Source: Oculina patagonica (lineage: Eukaryota). From it: a stretch of 64,000 nucleotides of DNA. This document shows, one piece after another, positions 48,676-63,009 of the stretch. The first letter of the stretch is position 1; each line of letters begins with the position of its first letter. Below the pieces are notes generated by a model. The model saw only the letters and a program-made list of their open reading frames with translations. It ran no database searches and was not told the DNA's origin. A program made the translations under genes and the position numbers. The stretch spans positions 24,118,001 through 24,182,000 of the forward strand of contig NC_135766.1 of NCBI RefSeq assembly GCF_052425735.1. The letters are read 5' to 3'.

Positions 48676-49175
48676 NNNNNNNNNNNNNNNNNNNNNNNNN
48701 NNNNNNNNNNNNNNNNNNNNNNNNNNNNNNNNNNNNNNNNNNNNNNNNNNNNNNNNNNNNNNNNNNNNNNNNNNNNNNNNNNNNNNNNNNNNNNNNNNNN
48801 NNNNNNNNNNNNNNNNNNNNNNNNNNNNNNNNNNNNNNNNNNNNNNNNNNNNNNNNNNNNNNNNNNNNNNNNNNNNNNNNNNNNNNNNNNNNNNNNNNNN
48901 NNNNNNNNNNNNNNNNNNNNNNNNNNNNNNNNNNNNNNNNNNNNNNNNNNNNNNNNNNNNNNNNNNNNNNNNNNNNNNNNNNNNNNNNNNNNNNNNNNNN
49001 NNNNNNNNNNNNNNNNNNNNNNNNNNNNNNNNNNNNNNNNNNNNNNNNNNNNNNNNNNNNNNNNNNNNNNNNNNNNNNNNNNNNNNNNNNNNNNNNNNNN
49101 NNNNNNNNNNNNNNNNNNNNNNNNNNNNNNNNNNNNNNNNNNNNNNNNNNNNNNNNNNNNNNNNNNNNNNNNNNN
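48676..49175. other. Assembly gap (500 N)
   Basis: Run of N. Confidence 1.
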
Positions 49176-49364
49176 GGATAATTCCACCCTACCCCCGCAA
49201 AGTACTATCGGAGAACTATTTCCAGGTTCTCTCGGTTCATAAAAAACTAGGCGCCAGGTCGCTGGCGTTCGCCGTTCAAAGAGGAAATTGCCAGAGTTGG
49301 ATCTTTGTTTATCGAAGAAGCCTGCTATTAACATAACATGGAAACGGGCTGACTTCTCAAGAAA

Positions 49365-52300
49365 ATGTCTCATTCAGCACAGGCTAACGGGGATTCATTG
49401 CCTCGGTGTCTTTCCGATACAAGGCTGGACGAAGCGTTTAGCGCTCACGGCCAGAGCGGCCATCGCTTCAGCCGAAAATCATTTACTCGACCAACCTACT
49501 GTCATCACTGCACGGACATGCTTTGGGGTTTGACACATCAAGGATTGATTTGTGAAGGTGAGAAAGCTTCAGATAATGTGTCATTTTGTTAAATATGGGG
49601 GATAATTTGCGGAGTTAAACCGTTGGGTTTTAAGTCGGGAAATATCATTTGATGTCAGACCGAAGAGTGACGCCGCTCCAATATGACATTTGATGTCAGA
49701 CCTATAAACATACACGCATGATTTTAAAGTCAGGTTTATAAATCGCTCAATATATATTTATACAATGTACAGCTTACTTTTACAGTTAGCTAGTTTAATT
49801 TTTAAGATGGTTCTGTGTTGTCCCTCGCATGTTTAGATTAGAAATTAAGATAGATCGATCATTTGTTAATAATTTTTGAACGTCCATATCCTGAGAAGAA
49901 GTACTTCATTGTACATCTTAATTAAGGATTTTATTTGTATACTTCGCAAATGCTAAAGCAAATGTTAAAAGGTTTTGAAATTGTTTTATCAAAGTATCGT
50001 TTATTCATCGCTATCTGTCTTCGAACCAATTCAAAGCACGGATAAAAGGTTAATAAATGCCTAAGTTTATACTTTCTAGTTCTTGCAAGTCGCGTATAAA
50101 TTACAGCTTAGTTTAATTTCCGATCGACTACGTATTTTAAAATGTGCATTGCCACTGCAAATTCTTGACGTAATGGAGTTTTCTAGCGTTAGCACACAAT
50201 ACGTACTGTTGTAGATTATGTGAATTTGGCTTCTGTTGACTCACAGAAACACAATAAATGACTTCATCACTCCCACAGAGACAGGGGAGTGTTTACGTCA
50301 TACCGTATGCAAATAATCTAATATTATGTTCCTATAAGGAAAACCTGATTTCCTTGAGGAAAGGATTCACTGTAAAATAAAGGGAAGGGTTTCAGCTTGC
50401 AATGACTTTTGGACTGGGGATAATTTGCTGAATTATGTCATCTGTCTAATGAATTGCGTGACGTAACTATTTAATTGTTGCAAAATCCAAACAATGTTAC
50501 TTTTGCAAGTTTCAATTCACATCGATGCTATTATTTTGATGGCAGTTCACTCATCTGTGAGTGAAGGGGCTGCAGTTGTCATCAAAACAATTTTTGTATA
50601 ATCATAACAAGATAATGAGATGATGTAAAATTTATATTTAGAGAAGGCATATTTTTTAGTAGTCAACAAGTTTTTACAAATTATTAATCAATCAAAATTG
50701 ATTGCTCTCTCTATATAAAATATAATTAATCACTCTTTGAATTTGCAGATGTCAAATAAAAAAAATTGTGTTATGCACTGCATAGAATACTAATTTTATT
50801 ATAAGGAAATGAAGGGCGTTTCGACCACCGTTTTTGGCCAACCATACAATTTCATTGTGTCACTGGGTATTTATACCATGTAAGCTCTATATAATAATTA
50901 AAAGAGGTGGCAGTCAGTACAGTGGTGAAGTTAAACTGCAGATGTTGTATTGTCGTTGTAAACTTCAGCAAACTGATCTTGTGTTGTCACATTTCAGTTT
51001 GTAATTTTGTGAGTCATGAGCGATGTATGCAGCTTGTAGTGTCTCCTTGCATTTCTATTGCAACATCTTTAGTGAAGGTGAGTTAAAAGTTCTTTGTTAC
51101 ATTTCAAATGTGTTCTAATTTGACTTTGGAAAAATGGTCTCTGGTTTATGCTAAAACAATAATTAGATGACTCCCTCGCAGTTTCTGTCAACTTTTAATA
51201 GTTGACTCAGAGCTTTGCCCCTCATCAACTATCAGCTGATAAAAATCTCAAGCTTGTGGTCTAAGGACCTGATTACATGGCGAATTTCAGCCCGGTTTTC
51301 CGGGTTGAGATTCTGAGATTTCAGCTCTGCTTCCAAAACAAATCTCTCAAAAGACATTTGCGAATACATGAAGATAGTTTCATCCTGGGCCGAATTATAT
51401 ACAGCCCGGACTGAAATTAAAAGTGTTCAACCCGGGCTGAAATTGGCCATGTAATAGCAACAAAATTCCACCCCAGCAGACCAGACTGAAATTGGTCATG
51501 TAATCTGGCCCTAATTGGCATTTAATATAGGTGCCATGGACTAGCATTCCCTCCAGGCAAAGTTTAACATTCCTAGTTGTTGTGCTGAAGGGTTTATTTA
51601 CAGATTTTAATCTCACTTAGGATTTTTAAGTCAGAGCACAAAATTTTAAGCTGTCATGGTATTTATAAAGGGTTGCATGTGCAAAAATAAAAAGTACAGA
51701 ATTACTAACTGTTTCAGTGCTCTAGACCAATCAGGAAAGAAAAATTGCACCTCTTTAGCGGTCAAAAATGCTTGAGTCTTGTCCAGATCAGTCTACATAC
51801 ATACATACATACATACATCATTTATGTGTTTACGCAGGTCGGAATAAAGGCAGCATAAGCTGATGTGGACCTGCGGTTAATTAAAATTTACAAAATTGAT
51901 ATGAAGAAAAAATCTTAAAATCTTAAACCTAATAAGCCTAATAATGACAAAAAAAAACATATAAAAAGTTAAAAATATGGTTAGGGATTTAAATATTCAA
52001 ATTTTTTGACTGGTGAGCATCCCTGTCCCCCACCCCGGGATTGATAGTAATGCATCGTCATGAAAAGTTATTGAGAAACCCTGTTAGTTTTACTTCTCTT
52101 ATAACACAATGGATTCCAGCATTCTTGTACCTAGCCAATTTTCGGATCAGATCAGAACATTTCTCTCTTCTGTTTTTATAACAGGAACCAGTGGCACATA
52201 GTTGGAGTGGTCCGTCTTTCTTTCGGAGAAGATTCTGTTGCGTTTGTAGGAAAAGACTTGATGAACATGTAGCATTCCGATGTCAAGGTAGACTGAAATC

Positions 52301-52659
52301 AATGTTTTTTAAAATTTAAAATCAAGCTTTTATTTTTGCAGGAGGGTGGGGACAACCTAGGGGAGCAGGGGTGGTGCAGTGGTGAGAGCACTCACATCCC
52401 ACACATGTGGCTGGGTCCAAACCTTGCACCTACCTTTAGGGTTGAGTTTGTTGTTGGTTCTTGTCCTTGGGTTTTTTTCCCAGACGAGTTCTCTGGTTTT
52501 CTTTCCCCTGTAATCTGATTGGAAATACACAGCCTGACAAGCTTCTAACTAGCTTACAACCATTTAATAAAGGTAAAGGTTTTTGAGCTCATTTAGTCTG
52601 AAAATTGGTCATGGACTTTGTTATAATAATATCCTGGTCTAAAGGACCATATTAGAATA

Positions 52660-52720
<61 letters not shown>

Positions 52721-55271
52721 TATAATTGATATTACATTACAAGGTTTCAAAGGGTGCTAAACTACTGCAGAAAAGGACATGGTACCCAATATTTTAACTT
52801 CTAAAATAAAAGAGTCAGGATTTGAAATAACTGGGCAGTGCACCCCCACTGAAAATTACAAGGAGTATTCTCTGGGATGTTTATACCTAGTAATATAATA
52901 AATTTCTGTTTTAGGGAATTGAGATTGTACTTTTTTCTTTTGCAGTTTGTGACTACTTTGCTCATGAAGAATGTAGGGAGTTTAGTGTTAGTGACTGTAA
53001 GAAGTGTGCTTCATATGCGCCATACATGCAAAAGGTACATCTATTAACCCTAGCCCATCTATTGACCCCCCCCCTCCTGCCTAGATGGTACATCCTGACA
53101 ATTTATGAGCTTGAAAACTTAAGGTACAAGCCAAGTGTTCTTTACGCTTTCAGGATCATTCATCATTTATCAAACACCTTCACTTTTATTGACACCTCAA
53201 AACACTAGAAAGTCAACTTCCTTGAATTTCTTTTACCGGTATATGAACCTAAATAATTTATCGAACTGAACTAAGCTCCCCCTCTCTATGAGCCCCCATC
53301 TCTCTGAGTCTATTACATCCTCCTTAAAAGGTCTCAAATGTCTCTTCTCCCCCTTCCGGGTTATTAAGAACTTAAATGGTATTTTGGTTTTGGTGGATCT
53401 TCAAGCAACTAATAGTTCTAACTTACAGTTTATTTATACTACAGGTGTATTATTTTATTAGGCCTATAATAATTATATTAAAATGCGTTAATTTATTATT
53501 ATATTAATAGTAATAATTGCTTCTATTGATAGCAGCAATCAGCTCGGCAAGCTCATCATTGGAGGGAAGGAAATTTATCACCCGGTGCAAAGTGTGCGCA
53601 CTGTAAACGAACATGTGGTAGCATGGAGTGTCCAGCGAGCGTCAAATGTAGCTGGTGTGGACAGTCAGTGAGTAACTTGCTTATTTTATCATGACAAAAT
53701 GCATTTGATGTATCTTGTTGCACCTAGTTTTAACTTGGCTGCAACTTAACAATTACTGTAATCAAGATACAAGATGACTTCTTTGTTTATTTGAACCTTG
53801 AATTATCCAAACTCTGATTTTCTTGACTTGTTGATTAGGTTAAGTTGACTTCAATCGTAGTGGCCCACCAGGCTAATGTTCTCTAATCTCCAATTTCAGT
53901 AAGCATGCATAAAGTGTCTAGTCCTGAGTATTGAGTATTCTTTGCCTCCTTTGATGGGATGCTAGTCCTTTTGTATTGGCACCAATTTTAATATACACCT
54001 GGGTGAAGAGAGGCACCTGGACAAATTGATCCAGAGTCCACTGCACTATAACCACATATAGGCAGCACCACACCTTCCATAGGCAGACTTGTTCTGTGTG
54101 TTCTTAACTCTGGATACTTTCAATTCTGTTCATAACTTTATACATTTTACAGATTTAACAGATCTTATTGTTATAATAATTTGAGTCATTTTTCTGATGC
54201 ACAAAATTAGCGTTTTCTAGGGTGAAAAACACCTAAGATTTGGACAGTTTTTGGAACGACAAACTTGAATGAAGCACCTTTAATTTTCATGCTCCTGTTA
54301 GTAATGACTTGCCCTTCTGTGATCAAGTTGATCAAGAGCTGATAGAAAGGCTGTGATTTTAATTCTTAAGTTGTTGAGCACTTGCACTGCTTTGTTCTTA
54401 ACAGGCTCACAGCTCTTGTCATTATATGTTACCCAGAGAATGTGGATTTGGTTATCTTCACAAGCTTGTGTTACCTCCGTATGCTGTATCAATGCCAAAC
54501 ATCGCCTTGTGGAGTTCATGTTCACAAAGCAGACGTGCATCTACTAGTATAAGTGGTGAGCTTAGAGCTGATATTATTGATAATAATTATCAATTAAAAA
54601 TATTTTATATTATTATTGTTAGAAATTTGCAATTATTAACTATAAAGCAGACAGTGGAACTATGAACCTCAACACAAAATTTATAAAGTGGTGGTGAAGG
54701 TTCTAAAACTACACCAAATGCTTACAGTGAATTTTAAATTCAGCCCAGTTATAATATGTATGTGAACTGTTTGGAGAGTCTCAGGGCCTGTGTAGCTTCC
54801 TGTATTACATGAAGTAATGCTGAAGCCTTAGATAACAATCTTATTAGTTGCTAGAAGTTCAACACGAGGTAGCAGAGGGGAGGCAAAGATCAACATTGCT
54901 GACCTTGCGAACACTTTTGTCTTGGGTTGTTCAAATTTTATTATACATGTAAACTTGTTAGTTCCCAAGCATGATACTGACCGACTGACTGTGTCCCCAC
55001 CTGATAACCTTCCTACTTGATAGACAGGAAAGCTGTGCTGATGCATACGCATGGAGGATTATGTATTAACAGCTTTTCCTAACTAACTCACTAACTGACT
55101 GACTGAGTGACTGACTGACAGACCGACAGACCGACCGACCGACCCACCAATTGACTGACCAACTGACTGACCGACCCACTGACAGACGAACAGAATGACT
55201 GACTGACTGACTGGCTGGCTGGCTGGCTGGCTGGCACACTGACTGACTGACTGACTGACTAACTGATTGAG

Positions 55272-55304
<33 letters not shown>

Positions 55305-58300
55305 AACAGGCAGGCAGGCCTGAAGACAGACAAACAGACAGACAGAATGACTGACTGACTAAGAAACAGACAGACAGACAGGCAGGCAGGCCTGTAGACA
55401 GACAGACAGAAGGACTGACTGACTGACTGAAAGGCAGACAGACAGACAAACAGACAGACTGACTGACTGACTGANNNNNNNNNNNNNNNNNNNNNNNNNN
55501 NNNNNNNNNNNNNNNNNNNNNNNNNNNNNNNNNNNNNNNNNNNNNNNNNNNNNNNNNNNNNNNNNNNNNNNNNNNNNNNNNNNNNNNNNNNNNNNNNNNN
55601 NNNNNNNNNNNNNNNNNNNNNNNNNNNNNNNNNNNNNNNNNNNNNNNNNNNNNNNNNNNNNNNNNNNNNNNNNNNNTGCTTANNNNNNNNNNNNNNNNNN
55701 NNNNNNNNNNNNNNNNNNNNNNNNNNNNNNNNNNNNNNNNNNNNNNNNNNNNNNNNNNNNNNNNNNNNNNNNNNNNNNNNNNNNNNNNNNNNNNNNNNNN
55801 NNNNNNNNNNNNNNNNNNNNNNNNNNTGACAGACTGACTCAAGTCCAAGGTACTAAGGCCATTGGACACTGAAACATCATTAGTATCACAATAATCTTCA
55901 TCTAGACTCTAAGATTTTGATGTAAAATTGTTGATGTTCTGCATAGCTACCAGTTGTGTGTGAGAAATTATTTTCAGTGATACCAAATGTCTGCATAAGG
56001 TTACAGACCTAGATCTGACAAGCAGATGTTGATATTTTTGACAGGAACTGCAGATGACGATGACGGAATAGTCTCAGATGAACCACTACAAAACGATGAC
56101 ATCAGTTCATCCCCCGATCCAGGTACACTCTTTTTCGTAAATTAATCCTGAAGTCTGAGATGAGCACTTCCATCTTGTTTCTCTTTGTTGGACAAATACA
56201 CTAATCATGAACAACTTCCAATACTTGAAAATTGATCACAACAAAATAATTTAAAATTTGTTTTATTTTTTTGGTAAACCTTTTTTCCTTTTTTTCAATT
56301 TAGCCATTAAATTTCCACTTTAAGTGTGATGCTAATGTGATGATCAATAATTTATGTTAATTTTTTTTCAGATGAAACATATTTAAAAATTTATGATGGT
56401 GAAGTAGCAGATCCAAAGCTTTGTAAAAATGTTGCGATTCCTAGGACAGCTCAAGCCAGCAATGTTCTGGTGAGTTTTAATAATTAATGGAGGTTTAAAC
56501 CGCCACCTGTGATCATAGGGGTCGCATGCGCCTTGAAAGTCCTTGAATCTCAAAATAAAAATTCAAGGCCTTGTAAGTCCTTGAAATTGGTTTTCAGTCC
56601 TTGAAAGTCCTTGATTTTTTTATTGAACGTCAAAAGGCTTCAAGGCAATGAGAAGACCGCAAAATAAGCCGTTTTTTTTTTCTTCAGCAAGCACAACAAC
56701 GGTTGATTTGGGGTGAATTTCATGAAAAAAGTCCTTGAAATTTCCAAGAAGGGTCCTGGAAAGTCCTTGAAAAGTCCTTGAATTTTTGGCCTAAAAAAAG
56801 TGTACGAACCCTGTTTGGTGACTATATTGGCTACTGTGTTGCACAAAATACAGGGCTTAAAATTTCAAGCTTTATCGCACCTTTTTTTTCTTTACAGTGC
56901 CTCTCTATACCAGTTAGGTGTAAGACTGGGTTCCAGTGAATTATAAGTGCTAGGGGTAACCCATTCAAGTGGTAATAGAAATAGTCCTTGTCATGCCATG
57001 CTTTAGAAACCAGGGATCAGCACCCATGTGATGAACCCCTAGGCTCGAACACAGCCTTTATTTTATCCAGTGGTTGTAATGCAAAACCAAAGCAAATGCG
57101 AATTATTTTCACAAATCAATCTGTAATTTGATCTGTATATTTAAATTTGGCACTTATTTTTATTTTTTTTGTAAATTATTAATTGCCAGGAGGAAGCTCT
57201 GAAGAAATTTCATATCACAGATGATCCCAGTAATTACTACCTTGCAAGAGCTGTCGATGAAGGTCAGATGACATAGTATTAACATCTTATTTCTCCTTAC
57301 AATATCAATTCTATGTCAACAGACAAGTAATGAGAATTAAGAAACTCATCAGCAAGGGGATACTGTTAGAAATGTGTCCTGTGATATGCCTGAAAACGCT
57401 ATTAATAACTACCTGGCAAAACAACAGCTTTACACTTGCCACAGGTCAGGAAATGGTCAGGGAAAAATAAAATTCTTCAAGGTCACGGAAGAGTCAGGGA
57501 ATTTGACATTTTGAAGAAAAGTTTGGGAAAATTGAAAGATAACACTGCTGATTTCATACGTCAATTAATGGCTGGAAGAAACATTTCAGGTCAATGTGAT
57601 CTCAGTGATATGTTTTTTCTTGGAAGTGTGGCCGGGGGCTGCTACTATATCTGACATTTTGAATTTATTGGGTCAGGGAAGTTTTATTTTTGTTGAGATC
57701 TCTGCAGCAGAGGTTGCAAGCTCTAGAAATGCTGCCATATTCATCTGACACTGATGTAGTTGTTTGCTCTGCCATCTAGTGAATTATGGCATATGTTAAA
57801 GAGATCAGTAATGAGAATTGTTGATCAACATTGTTTTTCCCTTACAGAGAATGAACGTGCACTTGATCCTGAAGAAAAACCTCACCAATTTACAGAAAAC
57901 AATTCATCAAAACCATTGATCTTCCTCAGAATGAAGGTAAATTGTGTTGTTCTAGAAAGCAAAATTAATGCATCTTGATGCTATCACAGAAAATAATTTG
58001 CTTACTGCTATGTGTTCATGCTTTTAATTCTCATTTTCAGAGTGCTGATAGACGAAAAGGATATATTAGAGTTTACCCTGGAATGATAAAGTAAGTGCAA
58101 TCAAACATTTTTTTAATCCTTTAGTGAATTCATATGATTCATCTTAAGGTCGTGACTGGTCCCCTTGTGTAAACCCTTCAAGGGACTTTCTGTCACAGCA
58201 TTGTGTGCTGACATCAAAATTTAATTTAATTGTCATTTTGAAACAGCGTGTCTTCGACCTTCAAGACAATTCCAGTGACAGCAGTCACAACTGTTAAAGA

Positions 58301-61300
58301 TGTCATTCAGATTGCTTTAGAAAAATTTGGACTTAAGGTTTGTATATCTTAATATGTATTTACAGTGCGACTACTGTTACCGGGGTAAGTCATACAAAAT
58401 TGATTAATCAGATTACAGGACACAAACAATGAATTTAAAGTAAAGTTGTGTCTTGAACTTTGTTTTCTGTCCTGCTTGTGATTGATTCAATCGTCTTTAG
58501 TTGTATTTTATTGTTTGCGTCTTGTAACCTGATTGATTACATTTTGTTTTAGTGACCCCGGTAATAGAAGTCGCACTGTAATGCTTCTTGTCCATACCTC
58601 ATTAAAATGATAATGATAATGCATTTATATAGCCCATTTTTCATATGTATATGTTCAAATGCGCTTTACACGTACTGTAATTTACTACACAATTGTAAAG
58701 GCCAGACCACAACACCAGGAGTTTTGTGCTCTACTCATTGCGAATAGTGTGTGGGTTCTTTAACATCCCCTGTTATAAGACTGAAGATACAGGAGACGGG
58801 ACCTACAGTTTATCATCCTTTTCCGAGAAGACTACAATGTCTAACCATTTGCAGATGAAATTACAAAGGCAGCACATTCTCCTCAGTTATTTTAAGACCC
58901 TGTGTGTTGGTCCGGTCTGGGGTTCGAACCCACGACCTCCCGCACAGCAGTCCGGCGCTCTACCAATTGAGCTAACCAGGCGGCGGCTGAGCTAACCAGG
59001 CCCCTCCTCTCTCTCTCTTTTTCCCTTTCGTCATCCTACTTTGACTGACCTCCACCATCCCTCCCTTAATTCATCCCTCCATTGTATACTCCTATCTGTT
59101 CTCCCTCTTATATTTTCACCCTTCCTCCCTTTGCCCTTACTCCTTAAACTTCTTTCCTTTTTTTCTCCCTCCTATCTTCCCGCCCTCAGACCCTCACTTC
59201 CTTTCCCTCTCCCTATCCTGTCCTTCCTCTCTTCATCCTATTCTCCCTTCTTTCATCCTATCTTCTCTCTCCCCCCTTCCAGGACCTGAACAATCGATGG
59301 AATCGATAATCGATGGCAATCGATAACAATCGATGACAATCGATATCAATTAATCGATTGATATTGATAATCGATGAACAATCGATCGCTAAAGTTTTTG
59401 TGATTATCGATTGTCATCGATTATCAATTTCATCGATAATCGATGACAATCGATCAATTAACTAACATCGATTTTCATCGATTATCAATATCATCGATTA
59501 CCAATTCAATCGATCATTTAACTGCCATCGTTTTTCATTTGACTAGTATTTGTTAAATACGTTCACTTTAAAACACACGGTCTCTCTTGTATGTTATATT
59601 TTATTAGCAACAACAATGATAACCTTTCCAAAAAATGTCAATACAACGAGAAACTTACTAACTTAACAGTAATAAGGCAATAATTATTTAAAACAAACGT
59701 TTTGAGCTTAAGTCTTATTCGCTTTTAGGTCTGGTTTGCTTTCGAACCAACTCCTGGCAAAGTAAATAGAAATCGCAACTCCCGACCTCGCTGTCTAAGT
59801 ACAATTAATTTTTCTAAAACTCTGTCTTGTAGTCCAAAACATCATCTCGCCCTCTCCTCGTAGGCGCGCACGATCGATTGTTTTCGATCATGTCATCGAT
59901 TGTTCAGGTCCTGCCCCTTCCTTCCACTCCCCATCCTTATCCTCCTCCCCTCCCCATCCCATTGTGCTTCCCTCCCTCCATTGCATCATCTCTCACCTCT
60001 CCCTCCCACTGTCCATCCCATCCTCCCTCCACTCCTTCCCCCTTTAGAACCTCTATTCTTCTGCTGCTGCCTCCTATCCTCCCTCCCTCCCTTGCTCCCC
60101 CTTCCCTCCCCATCCTATTATTCTTTCCTCCCTCCATTGTATAATCTCTCACCTCTCCCTCTCACTGTCCGTCCCATCCTCCCTCCACTCCTTCCCCCTC
60201 TAGGACCTCTATTCTTCTGCTGCTGCCTCCTATCCTCCCTCCCTCCCTTGCTCCCCCTTCCCTCCCCATCCTATCTTTCTAGCTTCCCTCCCTCCATTGC
60301 ATCATCTCTCACCTCTCCCTCCCACTGTCCATCCCATCCTCCCTCCACTCCTTAACCCTTTAGAACCTCTATTCTTCTGCTGCTGCCTCCTATCCTCCCT
60401 CCCTCCCTTGCTCCCCCTTCCCTCCCCATCCTATTATTCTTTCCCTCCCTCCATTGTATAATCTCTCACCTCTCCCTCCCACTGTCCATCCGATCCTCCC
60501 TCTGCTCCTTTCCCCTTTAGAACCTCTATTCTTCTGCTGCTGCCTCCTATCCTCCCTCCCTCCCTTGCTCCCCCTCCCCTCCCCATCCTATCTTTCTAGC
60601 TTCCCTCCCTCCATTGTATAATCTCTCACCTCTCCCTCCCACTGTCCATTCCATCCTCCCTCCACTCCTTCCCCCTCTAGGACCTCTATTCTTCTGCTGC
60701 TGCCTCCTATCCTCCCTCCCTCCCTTGCTTCCCCTTCCCTCCCCATCCTATCTTTCTAGCTTCCCTCCCTCCATTGCATCATCTCTCACCTCTCCCTCCC
60801 ACTGTCCGTCCCATCCTCCCTCCACTCCTTCCCCCTCTAGGACCTCTATTCTTCTGCTGCTGCCTCCTATCCTCACTCCCTCCCTTGCTCCCCCTTCCCT
60901 CCCCATCCTATCTTTCTAGCTTCCCTCCCTCCATTGTATAATCTCTCACCTCTCCCTCCCACTGTCCATCCCATCCTCCCTCCACTCCTTCCCCCTCTAG
61001 GACCTCTATTCTTCTGCTGCTGCCTCCTATCCTCCCTCCCTCCCTTGCTCCCCCTCCCCTCCCCATCCTATCTTTCTAGCTTCCCTCCCTCCATTGCATC
61101 ATCTCTCACCTCTCCCTCCCACTGTCCATCCCATCCTCCCTCTGCTCCTTCCCCCTTTAGAACCTCTATTCTTCTGCTGCTGCCTCCTATCCTCCCTCCC
61201 TCCCTTGCTCCCCCTTCCCTCCCCATCCTATTATTCTTTCCTCCCTCCATTGTATAATCTCTCACCTCTCCCTCCCACTGTCCATCCGATCCTCCCTCTG

Positions 61301-63009
61301 CTCCTTTCCCCTTTAGAACCTCTATTCTTCTGCTGCTGCCTCCTATCCTCCCTCCCTCCCTTGCTCCCCCTCCCCTCCCCATCCTATCTTTCTAGCTTCC
61401 CTCCCTCCATTGTATAATCTCTCACCTCTCCCTCCCACTGTCCATTCCATCCTCCCTCCACTCCTTCCCCCTCTAGGACCTCTATTCTTCTGCTGCTGCC
61501 TCCTATCCTCCCTCCCTCCCTTGCTCCCCCTTCCCTCCCCATCCTATCTTTCTAGCTTCATTCCCTCCATTGCATCATCTCTCACCTCTCCCTCCCACTG
61601 TCCGTCCCATCCTCCCTCCACTCCTTCCCCCTCTAGGACCTCTATTCTTCTGCTGCTGCCTCCTATCTTTCCTCCCCCTCCCTTGCTCCCCCTTCCCTCC
61701 CCATCCTATCTTTCTAGCTTCCCTCCCTCCATTGTATAATCTCTCACCTCTCCCTCCCACTGTCCATCCCATCCTCCCTCCACTCCTTCCCCCTCTAGGA
61801 CCTCTATTCTTCTGCTGCTGCCTCCTATCCTCCCTCCCTCCCTTGCTCCCCCTCCCCTCCCCATCCTATCTTTCTAGCTTCCCTCTCTCCATTGCATCAT
61901 CTCTCACCTCTCCCTCCCACTGTCCATCCCATCCTCCCTCTGCTCCTTCCCCCTTTAGAACCTCTATTCTTCTGCTGCTGCCTCCTATCCTCCCTCCCTC
62001 CCTTGCTCCCCCTTCCCTCCCCATCCTATTATTCTTTCCTCCCTCCATTGCATAATCTCTCACCTCTCCCTCCCACTGTCCATCCCATCCTCCCTCTGCT
62101 CCTTCCCCCTTTAGAACCTCTATTCTTCTGCTGTTGCCTTCTATCCTCCCCCTCCCTCCCCATCCTATCTTTCTAGCTTCCCTCCCTCCATTGCATCATC
62201 TCTCACCTCTCCCTCCCACTGTCCGTCCCATCCTCCCTCCACTCCTTCCCCCTCTAGGACCTCTATTCTTCTGCTGCTGCCTCCTATCCTCCCTCCCTCC
62301 CTTGCTCCCCCTTCCCTCCCCATCCTATCTTTCTAGCTTCCCTCCCTCCATTGCATCATCTCTCACCTCTCCCTCCCACTGTCCATCCCATCCTCCCTCC
62401 ACTCCTTCCCCCTTTAGAACCTCTATTTTTCTGCTGCTGCCTCCTATCCTTCCTCCCTCCCTTGCTTCCCCTTCCCTCCCCATCCTATAGTTCTTCTCTC
62501 CCTCCATTGTATAATCTCTCACCTCTCCCTCCCACTGTCCATCCCATCCTCCCTCTGCTCCTTCCCCCTCTAGGACCTCTATTCTTCTGCTGCTGCCTCC
62601 TATCCTCCCTCCCTCCCTTGCTCCCCCTCCCCTCCCCATCCTATCTTTCTAGCTTCCCTCCCTCCATTGTATAATCTCTCATCTCTCCCTCCCACTGTCC
62701 GTCCCATCCTGCCTCCACTCCTTCCCCCTCTAGGACCTCTATTCTTCTGCTGCTGCTGCCTCTGAAGTTCCCCCCACCCTCCGTTCCCTCTTTATACTTG
62801 TCCCACCCCCATCCTATCTTCCTTTCCTCCCTCGCTTACTCTCTCCCTTTCTCCATCTTTTCACCCAACCACCCTCTCAAGGTAGATTATAACCACATTA
62901 CAGCAACACATGCAGTGATTTATTGCCTTTGTTATGATTCATTTCTTTTTTTAACAGGGTGCAAATCCAGATAACTTCTCTTTGACAGAAGTGCACTTAA
63001 ATCAGGGAG
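49365..63009 (+). CDS. DGKQ: Diacylglycerol kinase theta-like, 5' portion (continues beyond the window). Exons 49365-49557, 50998-51077, 52185-52287, 52946-53034, 53533-53667, 54405-54555, 56045-56122, 56372-56469, 57190-57262, 57848-57936, 58041-58090, 58247-58337, 62958-63009
   Basis: Three tandem C1 domains (HRFSRKSFTRPTYCHHC..VCNFVSHERC; PVAHSW..FCCVCRK; HHWREGNLSPGAKC..CSWCG..ECGFG..LVLPP), then LKIYDG and IRVYPG Ras-association-like domains: the type V DGK architecture. All junction phases consistent. Confidence 0.92.
52660..52719 (+). repeat. (ATT)n microsatellite
   Basis: ~20 ATT units. Confidence 0.95.
55080..55838 (+). repeat. Compound (GACT/GACA/GGCT/GGCA)n tetranucleotide repeat interrupted by N-gaps (55475-55676, 55683-55826)
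   Basis: Seen directly. Confidence 0.9.
56517..56813. mobile_element. MITE with AAGTCCTTGAA repeats
   Basis: Ends TGTACGAACCCTG; related terminus at ~36350-36364. Confidence 0.6.
58363..58578. mobile_element. TA-flanked MITE
   Basis: TA-CAGTGCGACT..TTACCGGGGT / ACCCCGGTAA..AGTCGCACTG-TA. Confidence 0.8.
58605..58984 (-). mobile_element. tRNA-derived SINE
   Basis: Minus head CCGCCTGGTTAGCTCAATTGGTAGAGCG..GGTTCGAACCCC, body, (ATC/ATT) tail. Confidence 0.75.
59280..59913. mobile_element. MITE with ATCGAT arrays, 7-bp TSD
   Basis: TIRs CAGGACCTGAACAATCGATG / CATCGATTGTTCAGGTCCTG; TSD CCCCTTC. Confidence 0.85.
59914..62762 (+). repeat. Polypyrimidine minisatellite, 156-160-bp unit, ~18 copies, in a DGKQ intron
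   Basis: Unit ..CCATTG(TATAAT/CATCAT)CTCTCACC..CTATTCTTCTGCTGCTGCCTCC.. recurs every ~160 bp. Confidence 0.97.

Noticed and set aside
59878-62674. Many Pro/Leu/Cys-rich or Gly/Arg-rich ORFs
   Set aside because: Translations of the intronic minisatellite, interrupted by stops.
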